From: Candidatus Bathyarchaeota archaeon
GTDB lineage: Archaea > Thermoproteota > Bathyarchaeia > Bathyarchaeales > Bathycorpusculaceae
Length of the DNA stretch: 64,000 bases
NCBI GenBank assembly: GCA_963833575.1
Contig: CAWHXY010000004.1
Location: forward strand, 224,001-288,000
Direction of reading: 5' to 3'
Shown here piece after piece: positions 20,612 to 28,787 of the stretch. The notes beneath the pieces were generated by a model. That model saw nothing but the letters and a program-made list of their open reading frames with translations, did no database searches and was not told the DNA's origin. Made by a program: the position numbers and the translations under genes. Numbering within the stretch: position 1 is the first letter of the stretch; each line of letters opens with the position of its first letter.

Positions 20612-20926
20612 TTATTTTTGTTCTATTTTTATTGCTTTTTTTGAATTTGTCATTTCTTGGAGTAGAGCGTAGTTTTCTTCCATCGTTTGTGAGAGAAAGT
20701 AGGTGGTGCCGTAGTTGTCGCCCATAGGGATTACAAGTTTGTGTTTTTGGAGGATTGACAGGTGGTGGCTTATTGTTTTGTAGCTTCTATTTAGGCGTGT
20801 AGCTAATTGGTTGGTATTTTGTGGGGTTTGTTTGAGGGTTTTGAGTATTTGTATTCGGGTGTCGCCGCCTCTTGTTGTTGTGAGCAGCCATTTTAGGATT
20901 TGTTGCGTTGGTTTCTGGTTTATCAT
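20612..20926 (-). CDS. ArsR-like winged-helix regulator (archaeal TRGG type)
   Basis: WLLTTTRGGDTRIQILKTL...PQNTNQLA..L..SYKTISHHLSIL...YG.TYFLS. Confidence 0.88.
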   Translation of the reverse strand: MINQKPTQQILKWLLTTTRGGDTRIQILKTLKQTPQNTNQLATRLNRSYKTISHHLSILQKHKLVIPMGDNYGTTYFLSQTMEENYALLQEMTNSKKAIKIEQK

Positions 20927-20956
20927 AACGGGCTTCCCGAGTTTTAAGATGTCAAC

Positions 20957-20977
20957 GCTACTATTTAAAATAGTAGC
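20957..20977. promoter_or_regulatory. Palindromic operator 2, overlapping the TATA-like box of the wHTH gene
   Basis: Perfect palindrome GCTACTATTT-A-AAATAGTAGC about 30-50 bp upstream of ATG 20926. Confidence 0.75.
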
Positions 20978-21043
20978 TACTTAAGCGTCTACGAACAAGC
21001 TACCCCCAACCCCGAACAGATAACTTTGATCAGGTTTTTGAAA

Positions 21044-21165
21044 GTCTCATTATCGAATTGTCTAATAATGTTAATAATGAACCTGCCTGCAAAAGATCAA
21101 GCTCTGAACTAAAAAAACAACCCAACCCATATTAAAAAAGGGCACCACAAGTGTTGTTGTTCTTC
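21044..21165 (+). repeat. Dispersed element copy H: degenerate GTCTAATAAT tract, core, tail
   Basis: gtctaataatgttaataatg..CTGCCTGCAAAAGATCAAGCTCTGAACTAAAAAAACAACCC...GTGTTGTTGTTCTTC. Confidence 0.8.
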
Positions 21166-21216
21166 TTTTGAATGATTTCAAGATAACTGCATTCTAGCTT
21201 TAGTGTTGGCTTCGCA

Positions 21217-22992
21217 TTATTGCTTTCTTTCTTCAAGAGCTTCTTGGTCGAGGTAGTATTTTCCATTTACTTCTTTGAAGAGTTTTGTTTGTCCTTTGCG
21301 TCTTTCCATGAACCTTACGAATATTCGTGACAAACCGAGTTCTTTGGCTGTCATGGCTGTTTCTGGGCTGATGGCTCCTTTCTCCAGGAACTTTTTGATA
21401 TTTTGGTTAATTCTGTCTTGGCTCCAACCTTGTTGTTCGCTTGTTTCTTGTTGACTGAATGAAGGAGGTGTGACTTGTGCTGTCTCCGCGACTGATTGAA
21501 CTTTAGGTTGTTGAAGGGTTTGGCTTGGTTGTGTTTGATTATTTGATTCTTGGACCACGAAGTTAGGAGTTTTTGAAGTTGTTTTGTCTTCGCCGTCAGG
21601 GTCATTTCCAGTGTTATCTGCTTTTGACTCCTCTGAAGGAGCAGGGTTTAGTTTTATTATGATTTCAGTTTTGTTTTTAACTGAAACCGAGATAGGCATT
21701 GATTGTTTGTATCCTGTGGCGCTGGCTTTGATTGAGTAATCGCCGTCTTTGAAGTCGCTAAAAACAGTTTGTCCCTGTTTATTGGTGGTGCCTGTTAGAT
21801 CTTGTTGTCCGCTGGTATTGACATTTGCTCCAGAAATTGGCGATTGTGTTTTCGAGTTTTGTACCGTGACTGTGAATTTGCGTTGGCGACTGAGCCATAT
21901 GAAGATTATGATGATCAATAATATGATTATTATTATGATTATGATGATCCAGATAATTGATCCGAAGTTAGTTGAGCCTGGGTTTGAGTTTGGCGTTGTT
22001 GATGTGGTTGAAGGACCTGAGATTACTGATACAGTGCTGTCTCCGCCATTAGCAACATAAATTGCTCCATTTCCGGGATCATAGGTTCCTACCCAAGGTA
22101 GATGACCAACGGTTATGGTTTGAACCACTTTGTTTGTGCTGTCTGATATAACTGTGACTTCGTTGTTTTGATGAAGGGCTACGAACACTTGGTTGCTTCC
22201 AGAATCGTAAATTAGTCCTTCAACTTGCACTTCGAAGTTCAAGTCCGAAATAGTTGCAACCACTGCATTAGTGTTATCTGAAATAACTGTGATAACAGCA
22301 CTAGTAGGTACGAATATCTCGCCTTTTCCAGAATCGTAGACTACGAATTGAGGAATACCCGGCAGAGACACAGTTGCAACTACTGTGTTGGTATTATCAG
22401 ATATTATTGAAAGCGAGTAGTCTTTAGTGTCGGGGCTTGTATTGACTACGAAAATCTCACTTTTGCCAGAATCATAGGCGATGCCAAATGGGTCAGTCCC
22501 AACAGTTATTGTTGCTACCACAGTGTTAGTTTTATCTGATATAACGGAGACAGTGCTGTCGTATTGATTGGTTACAAATAATTCACTCTTTGCAGAGTCA
22601 TAAACTATGTTATAGGGAGATTCTCCTACGGGTATTGTTGCAATGACAGTGTTTGTGTTATCTGATATGACTGATACAGAATTGCTATACAAATTGACCA
22701 CGAATATCTCGCTCAATGCAGAGTCATAAGCTACACCATAAGGGTAACCTCCAACTGGAATAGTTGAAACGACGGTATTAGTGCTGTCAGATATAACAGA
22801 TGTAGTGTTGTCTTGGCCATTGGCTACAAATATCTCGCTTTTGGCAGAATCATAAGCAGCACCTGAGGGAGCGTTTCCGACCGGTATGGTTGCAGTTACT
22901 CCCAGGCCATTAACCATGTTAGCTGTTGACAAAATAAAAATTGCAATGAATAATAAAACGAGAAGTTTCGAAACTCCAATTTTCATAGTCAT
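21217..22992 (-). CDS. YVTN beta-propeller protein with poly-Ile TM, carboxypeptidase-regulatory-like domain and C-terminal wHTH-like domain
   Basis: Signal peptide, 7 YVTN repeats, IIWIIIIIIIIILLIIIIFIW, PISGANV...GDYSIKASATGY, KFLEKGAISPETAMTAKELGL...VNGKYYLD. Confidence 0.85.
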   Translation of the reverse strand: MTMKIGVSKLLVLLFIAIFILSTANMVNGLGVTATIPVGNAPSGAAYDSAKSEIFVANGQDNTTSVISDSTNTVVSTIPVGGYPYGVAYDSALSEIFVVNLYSNSVSVISDNTNTVIATIPVGESPYNIVYDSAKSELFVTNQYDSTVSVISDKTNTVVATITVGTDPFGIAYDSGKSEIFVVNTSPDTKDYSLSIISDNTNTVVATVSLPGIPQFVVYDSGKGEIFVPTSAVITVISDNTNAVVATISDLNFEVQVEGLIYDSGSNQVFVALHQNNEVTVISDSTNKVVQTITVGHLPWVGTYDPGNGAIYVANGGDSTVSVISGPSTTSTTPNSNPGSTNFGSIIWIIIIIIIIILLIIIIFIWLSRQRKFTVTVQNSKTQSPISGANVNTSGQQDLTGTTNKQGQTVFSDFKDGDYSIKASATGYKQSMPISVSVKNKTEIIIKLNPAPSEESKADNTGNDPDGEDKTTSKTPNFVVQESNNQTQPSQTLQQPKVQSVAETAQVTPPSFSQQETSEQQGWSQDRINQNIKKFLEKGAISPETAMTAKELGLSRIFVRFMERRKGQTKLFKEVNGKYYLDQEALEERKQ

Positions 22993-23214
22993 TTCTCTTC
23001 CTTCGAATCGGTTAGTTACAAAATAGATTTAAGGCTTTGGTTTACCCGCTAGCATTATCTTAAATTAATTTGAGATTTTCACTAATTATGAAAAATTTTC
23101 ATAAAACACAGAATGAATGAAGACTAAAGACATTGGAATCTCATATTATTTGATAGAGCTAATTGATTTCGGGATAAGCCAGCTGGTATTATATTTCTGA
23201 GACTTTAGTTTCGT

Positions 23215-23412
23215 CTAATCTGACCAGAAAGAAAAAAGTAAGAAATAACTCCGCCTGGAGTTATGTTTTCTTATAGTTTTTTGAATTGTTACGTTTGGAT
23301 TTTTTTCCGCCGGTTTTTTGACTTTCAGTGTAGCTGTGCATAAAGTTAATACTGTCATTGCGGCTACTGCGGAAACAATCGCTACATTGCTGAATTCTGG
23401 TACTGTAGGCAA
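23215..23412 (-). pseudogene. Orphan PEF-CTERM-like sorting-signal remnant
   Basis: PTVPEFSNVAIVSAVAAMTVLTLCTATLKVKK begins about 20 nt after the stop of the YVTN gene 23431-25335. Confidence 0.65.
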
Positions 23413-23430
23413 TGCAACTATTTTATTTCA

Positions 23431-25335
23431 CTATATCAGCAACAACCAGGCAATGAAGATAATTAGGGTAGCTACGAATAGTTCTGCCCAAAGACGTTTG
23501 CTATGGCTGAATATGTCTTTTCCACTCATGGGCGATATTGGGAACGTTCCAAAGAAAGAGCCGATCACACACATTGACAATCCGGCATCCCCAATAGCTG
23601 GGTAACCACCCTTCAAAAGCAAGAAGAATACTCCAGCGAAGGCTAGGCTGATAAGGATTCCTGAGGCAGCAACCATAGCGCCTAGGTGTTCTGTGTATTT
23701 TTTGGAGTTGACGCTTCGCGTGGGAGAAGAGAAAGGAACCTTAAAGGCAAAGGTTGTGAAAAGAAAAAGAACCAAGCCTAAGGGCCAAATTGAGTGTTCG
23801 CTCCATACGCCTTTGCTTCGCAGATACGCTATGGAGAAGAACTTTTGAACAAAGCCAACAATGAAGCTTGTTGCCAAGAAAACAGGTAATAACACCCAAA
23901 TTTGACTCAGAGTGATGACTTTGACATATGAGAAGGAAATGGCCAAAACAACAACCAAAACCACATACGCTAAAGTTTCAGTCTTAGTGGGTTTGAAAAC
24001 AGAACCAGCTTTATCTTTTGCGTCTAGCTTACGTCTAGAGGCAACAACTTCTTCAAGCCACTCTCTTATTTTGTCAGGAATCAAGTCTCGAGTCTTTTCT
24101 CCGATTGCTCCACCCACGCCCCCTAACGGGTTACTTATTACAGCAAAAAGCAACGAAACTACACCTAAGACTACTGCGGATACACCGACTGCTGCTACTG
24201 CATTAGTTGGACTAGGAACCCAAACCTGTTGCAAAAGGTCTGACGAAGAGGATGGCTGCGGTGATTGAGTAGGACTTGATGTTGGATTAGAATTTGGGCT
24301 TGCTGTTGGAGAAGTAATTGGAGTTGGCGACGAGGAAGTTCCTGGACTGGCCGTGACAGACGTGGAAGAATCCGATATTACAGAAACCGTGTTGGCTCCC
24401 AAATTTGTTACAAATATTTCGCCTTTTGTGGAATCGTATGCTACACCTGAGGGTGTGGTCCCTACGGTTGCTGTTGCAACGACAGCGTTAGTGCTATCAG
24501 AAATAACTGAGACAGTTCCAGAACCGTGATTGGAGACATAAATCTCGTTTGTGCCAGAATCATAAGCTACGCCGTAAGGGGTGGTTCCAACTGGTATGGT
24601 TGCAACAACTGCGTTGGTGCCGTCTGATATAACGGAGACTGTGTTGGCGCCTGAACCGTAATTGGCAACAAAAATCTCACCTTTGCCGGAATCATAGGCT
24701 GCGCCTGCAGGAGAGATTCCCACAGTTATGGTAGCAGTCACGGCATTATTGTTATCGGAAATAACTGAGACCGTATTATAGCCAGAATTGCAGACAAAAA
24801 GTTCTGCCTTTCCTGAATCATAGATTACTTTATTGGGATTTGTTCCGACGGTAACGGTTGCAACTACCGAGTTAGAACTATCAGAAATGACCGAGACTGT
24901 GTTGTCCCCAGAATTAACTACGAATACTTCACCTTTGACTGAGTCATAAGCTATGTTACTGGGAGTTGTTCCAACTGTCACGGTTGCAACGACAGCATTA
25001 TTACTATCAGATATGACTGAGACGGAGTTGGAACCATGGTTGGTCACAAATACCTCATTCTTACTAGAATCATAAGCTACCCCGGTAGGAGAAGTTCCGA
25101 CGGTCACTGTTTTGACCACGGCTTTAGTGCTATCAGAAATAATTGATATTGTGTTGTACCCTGAATTTGCTACGTAGAGTTCACCTTTGCCGGAATCATA
25201 AACTACTCCAGTGGGAGAAGTTCCCACCGTTATTGTGGAGGTTACTCCAACTGCATGGACACCACTAACTACAATAGAGCAAGCAAAAACAACCATGAAT
25301 ATTAATACCAAAAGCCTCAAGACTTTAGCATTCAT
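23431..25335 (-). CDS. YVTN beta-propeller protein fused to an M50 (site-2 protease)-like polytopic membrane domain lacking catalytic motifs
   Basis: 7 YVTN repeats, Ser/Pro/Thr linker, then WPLG...F..P...G.MVAASG...FFGTFPISPMSGKDIF. Confidence 0.8.
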   Translation of the reverse strand: MNAKVLRLLVLIFMVVFACSIVVSGVHAVGVTSTITVGTSPTGVVYDSGKGELYVANSGYNTISIISDSTKAVVKTVTVGTSPTGVAYDSSKNEVFVTNHGSNSVSVISDSNNAVVATVTVGTTPSNIAYDSVKGEVFVVNSGDNTVSVISDSSNSVVATVTVGTNPNKVIYDSGKAELFVCNSGYNTVSVISDNNNAVTATITVGISPAGAAYDSGKGEIFVANYGSGANTVSVISDGTNAVVATIPVGTTPYGVAYDSGTNEIYVSNHGSGTVSVISDSTNAVVATATVGTTPSGVAYDSTKGEIFVTNLGANTVSVISDSSTSVTASPGTSSSPTPITSPTASPNSNPTSSPTQSPQPSSSSDLLQQVWVPSPTNAVAAVGVSAVVLGVVSLLFAVISNPLGGVGGAIGEKTRDLIPDKIREWLEEVVASRRKLDAKDKAGSVFKPTKTETLAYVVLVVVLAISFSYVKVITLSQIWVLLPVFLATSFIVGFVQKFFSIAYLRSKGVWSEHSIWPLGLVLFLFTTFAFKVPFSSPTRSVNSKKYTEHLGAMVAASGILISLAFAGVFFLLLKGGYPAIGDAGLSMCVIGSFFGTFPISPMSGKDIFSHSKRLWAELFVATLIIFIAWLLLI

Positions 25336-25486
25336 TTGACTTCCCTCTCTCCTTGTTCCAAAAGGCTATCATTTAGTTTTCATTTAAAACTTCCGTTTGC
25401 CTGTTTAGTAGGACTCAATAAAGAATGTTATTCATTGTAAGTTTATAGAGGAAAAGAGACGATGTGGATTAAAGAGGGTTTGAGAA

Positions 25487-25696
25487 ATGGAGAAACCAAT
25501 AAAAACAAGTAACAACAGCAAAATGCATGGCATAATTTTGGGCGTGATAGGAATAATCTTAGCGATCGTTGGAGCAACAATAATAAGTGTTAGAGGTATG
25601 CCATTTCGAGGCTCAGGTCTTGGCACTATCTCACTTGTTATAGGTATTGTACTGCTAGTCATCGTAATGCTAAGTTTATTTTATAAACAGCCATAA
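25487..25696 (+). CDS. Small two-TM membrane protein
   Basis: Two hydrophobic helices, GAGG-like RBS. Confidence 0.65.
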   Translation: MEKPIKTSNNSKMHGIILGVIGIILAIVGATIISVRGMPFRGSGLGTISLVIGIVLLVIVMLSLFYKQP

Positions 25697-25775
25697 TTAG
25701 CGTTCACCATAGACTCATCCATTTTCTTTTTTTCGAAGCACTCATGTTAGCACCCTACCCTTAGCTTGTTTATGT

Positions 25776-27464
25776 TTAGGTGAATTTGCCTTTTGTTTTG
25801 AACTGCTTTTCATAGATTTCCCTAACTCTGTCTATGGTGTCAGCTTCGTTAGGTGTTTTGTCGTCTCGGATCCGAGTGATCCGCGCAAACCGAAGCGCCA
25901 TTTGGCTCTTGTATTTGGGGCTCTTCTGAATCTCATTGTACGTGACCTCAACCACAATTTTAGGAATCACCTCAACGTGATGCCCCTCCAGTCTAACCGC
26001 ATAAGCCTCTAAGTGCTTTGTCATTTCAGCCATTTCGGCGTCGGTTAACCCTTTGAAGGTTTTGCCTAGATCCAAAAACTCACCTGTCTCAGGATCCCTC
26101 GCAGCAAAATAATAATCGGAGAGCCAGCTTTTACGTCTCCCATAACCATACTCGGCAGCAGTTATAACAAGATCTAAGGTCTCGAGCACTGGTTTTATTT
26201 TCAACCATTTTTTTCCTCGATTTCCAGGCGTGTAGGGACTGTCAAGTTTCTTCGCCATTAACCCTTCGTGCCCAGAAGACGTAGCTTCTTTGAAAAAATC
26301 TTCTGCCTCATCGATCCTATTGGTCACGATTTGCTTGCTTAAGCTGATTTCTTCTGCAGTCTGGGCTAAGATTTGCCTACGCTGATCATAGGGCAGCGTG
26401 ATTAGGCTTTCACCGTTCAGGTAGAGGATATCGAATAGGTAAAGCGTCAAAGGAATTTTCTGTGCCATGCTGGCTATTTCTCGGGTTCGTTTGAAGCGGC
26501 GCATTAAATGCTGAAAAGCAATTGGATAACCTGCACTGTCCAATGCGACGACTTCGCCTTCAACGATTGCTGACTGCGCCACAATGTTATGTTTTACGAT
26601 TTCAACGATTTCTGGCAGGCTTTCCGTGACATTACTGAGTCGTCTACTGAAAATCTCGACGTTACCGTTTTGTTTGTGGATTTGAACTCTTGCACCGTCA
26701 TACTTGTATTCGAAAGCGGTTTTGCCACTAAACTCTTCTAGAGCCTCTTTTACTGACTGAGCGGTTTGTGCGAGCATCAGCTTCACCGGCCTAAAAACGC
26801 TAAAGCCCGCTTTCTCTAAGCCTTCTAATCCTTGTGTTTTGAGGGTTGCCGCAACCTCGCCTATGTCTCCTAAAACCATTCCAGCATGCTGCACTTTCTT
26901 TAGAGGCACATCAAATGCTACTGCGACAGCCTGCTCCATTAAACCCTCATGAAGACCAGTGCGCATTTCGCCAGTGAAAATTTTCACCAAGTATTTGGCT
27001 TCAAGGGGGGTCGCTTGGCTAAACAGACTAGTGACTTGGCGTTCTTTTTTGGTTCTTGAGCCTGCACCTGATGCTTGGGCGATGGCTTCGAAGGCGCGAC
27101 TGACTTCGGTTATTGTTAAGGAATTTTGGGTCAGCTGGGTTTGTTTCTTTGTTTTGGATTGTTCAAGAACTGCTTTCGTGGCTGAGCCGATGTCACCCGT
27201 ATTTGCCATTGCTTCACTAAATTTGTCCCAGTTAAACTGGCTTACCTGCTCCAAAACCCCGGTAACGGTAGACCAACTGACATCGAGCATCTTTTGGCTG
27301 TATTTTGGAAAAGCACGGCCAACCATCATGTTTACCGCTGGCTCAATTTCTTGTGGTGTAAGAGTTTTTAGGTAGTTTGCGGTTAAATCTATGATTTCTA
27401 ACCGTTTTGTTGTCGCTTCAACTTTTTCAAGAAGGCCAGAGAGAGATTTGAATAATGCAGACAT
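25776..27464 (-). CDS. lig: ATP-dependent DNA ligase
   Basis: EYKYDGARVQIH, EGLMAK, WLKIK, ALRFARITRIRDDK. Confidence 0.97.
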   Translation of the reverse strand: MSALFKSLSGLLEKVEATTKRLEIIDLTANYLKTLTPQEIEPAVNMMVGRAFPKYSQKMLDVSWSTVTGVLEQVSQFNWDKFSEAMANTGDIGSATKAVLEQSKTKKQTQLTQNSLTITEVSRAFEAIAQASGAGSRTKKERQVTSLFSQATPLEAKYLVKIFTGEMRTGLHEGLMEQAVAVAFDVPLKKVQHAGMVLGDIGEVAATLKTQGLEGLEKAGFSVFRPVKLMLAQTAQSVKEALEEFSGKTAFEYKYDGARVQIHKQNGNVEIFSRRLSNVTESLPEIVEIVKHNIVAQSAIVEGEVVALDSAGYPIAFQHLMRRFKRTREIASMAQKIPLTLYLFDILYLNGESLITLPYDQRRQILAQTAEEISLSKQIVTNRIDEAEDFFKEATSSGHEGLMAKKLDSPYTPGNRGKKWLKIKPVLETLDLVITAAEYGYGRRKSWLSDYYFAARDPETGEFLDLGKTFKGLTDAEMAEMTKHLEAYAVRLEGHHVEVIPKIVVEVTYNEIQKSPKYKSQMALRFARITRIRDDKTPNEADTIDRVREIYEKQFKTKGKFT

Positions 27465-27570
27465 TTAGTTAACCAAGAAATTTTGAACGATAGAAATAGG
27501 GTTTCGGTTGCTTATTTAATTAATTCCCAAAAAATTGTTCATTTAATTAACATTTTCACTAGGATTCTAG

Positions 27571-27678
27571 AATTTTCGAGCAACTCGGGACAATTTGGGA
27601 CAATCAGGGACAAATAGGACAATTCTAGACGCAACCTGCAAACAAACCAAACCCTGAATCAAAAAAGCAAGCCAACAT
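27571..27678 (+). repeat. Dispersed element copy I: 10-bp tract (GGGACAATNN-type) plus core 27632-27678
   Basis: caactcggga caatttggga caatcaggga caaataggac aattctagac g CAACCTGCAAACAAACCAAACCCTGAATCAAAAAAGCAAGCCAACAT. Confidence 0.92.
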
Positions 27679-27730
27679 AAGTTGCAAAGAAATTTGCCCA
27701 CTTTATGGTAAAATTATTAAAGATCTGTCT

Positions 27731-27811
27731 CGATGTTTCACAATGATTGGGATGATTCGCGATGCCAGCTGCAACCGACTTAAGCTATAAAACAAAAAAG
27801 CAACCTAACGC
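27731..27811 (+). repeat. Dispersed element copy J: CGATGATTCG-type tract plus core 27765-27811
   Basis: cgatgtttca caatgattgg gatgattcgc gatg CCAGCTGCAACCGACTTAAGCTATAAAACAAAAAAGCAACCTAACGC. Confidence 0.8.
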
Positions 27812-27910
27812 AAAAAAACAAAATGTAGAAGAAAATAATTTGCGCTCAAGGACATCTAAATTTCAAGACTTAAAGATAGAGACATGTTAAATCTCAATTT
27901 CCATTTTAGC

Positions 27911-28020
27911 ACAAATAACGAAAAAAACGACTGATACACGACAAATCTACACGCAACCTGCAAACGTTTCAAAGCTTAAACCAAAAAAACAACCCAAAAC
28001 AAACTGAACAAAAATGTGCA
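27911..28020 (+). repeat. Dispersed element copy K: ACGACAAAT-type tract plus core 27954-28000
   Basis: acaaataacg aaaaaaacga ctgatacacg acaaatctac acg CAACCTGCAAACGTTTCAAAGCTTAAACCAAAAAAACAACCCAAAAC. Confidence 0.88.
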
Positions 28021-28051
28021 CATTTTACACCTTAAAATATTGAGGATCTAC

Positions 28052-28125
28052 CACGATGATTCGCGATTAAACACGATGATGTCTGAAAACGCCACTATAC
28101 CTTAATTAGGAAAGCAAACAAAAGA
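28052..28125 (+). repeat. Dispersed element copy L (degenerate): CACGATGATT tract plus core 28079-28125
   Basis: cacgatgatt cgcgattaaa cacgatg ATGTCTGAAAACGCCACTATACCTTAATTAGGAAAGCAAACAAAAG. Confidence 0.55.
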
Positions 28126-28188
28126 AAGAAAAAATTCATGGCCACTCAAAGCTAACCTAAGGAGGTTATAGCGACTAATAGAAAGGGT

Positions 28189-28617
28189 TTAGGAGAATAC
28201 GGAGAATGATTGTTCTTCGTCGCTGCCTGAACTTTGATTGAGTTTTTGGTTTACTTCCTTGATTTTTTTAGTCAGCTCTTCAGCTTTTTCTTGGTTGTTC
28301 AAGGCGGTGTAGCAGTCTCTTGCGTATTCTAATGCGCTTACGCCGTATCTGTCAAAGGCTTTGCTAAAGGAGATTTCAGAGGATTTCATAAAGAGCCCAG
28401 CAGCTTTCTCGTTGTCTTTGAGGGCAAAAGCAGCTTCACCAGCTTTGTAATACATTTCTGCCGCACCAAAATAATTCTGGCCTTTAAAGTAAAGCTCACC
28501 AGTCTTAACAAAGAGGTCTCTTGCCTCCTCAAATTTGCTGTTTTCCATTAACGCAATAGCTTGTTTATGAAGTTTAATCGGATCTTCCCTAACGTTACTT
28601 GCACACATAACAGTCAC
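28189..28617 (-). CDS. TPR/SNAP-like helical repeat protein
   Basis: EEARDLFVKTGELY..AAEMYYKAGE..AAGLFMKS helical repeats. Confidence 0.7.
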   Translation of the reverse strand: MTVMCASNVREDPIKLHKQAIALMENSKFEEARDLFVKTGELYFKGQNYFGAAEMYYKAGEAAFALKDNEKAAGLFMKSSEISFSKAFDRYGVSALEYARDCYTALNNQEKAEELTKKIKEVNQKLNQSSGSDEEQSFSVFS

Positions 28618-28787
28618 TTTATTCGTATTTATTTTAAGTGAACTCCCATTTAGATTTTCCCCTTCTGCTTCTAAAATCTTTTAAATTATGTCTCTCATCG
28701 CTTAACAAAAAATACTGAAACTTCAAGCATGATTGGCGATTATACTTTTATATGCGCCTGTTATCGAAACTATAACGCTGTGAAGCA

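Noticed and set aside
345-28000. The element core read on the - strand could encode a peptide (VLGCFFDSGFDLFAG-like)
   Set aside because: There is no consistent start codon, copy J has an in-frame stop, and the frame relative to the tail motif differs between copies D and F. Non-coding is more likely, though coding is not fully excluded.
27571-28125. CRISPR array interpretation of the element cluster
   Set aside because: Repeats are too divergent, spacing is 125-190 bp and irregular, and there are no cas genes in the window.
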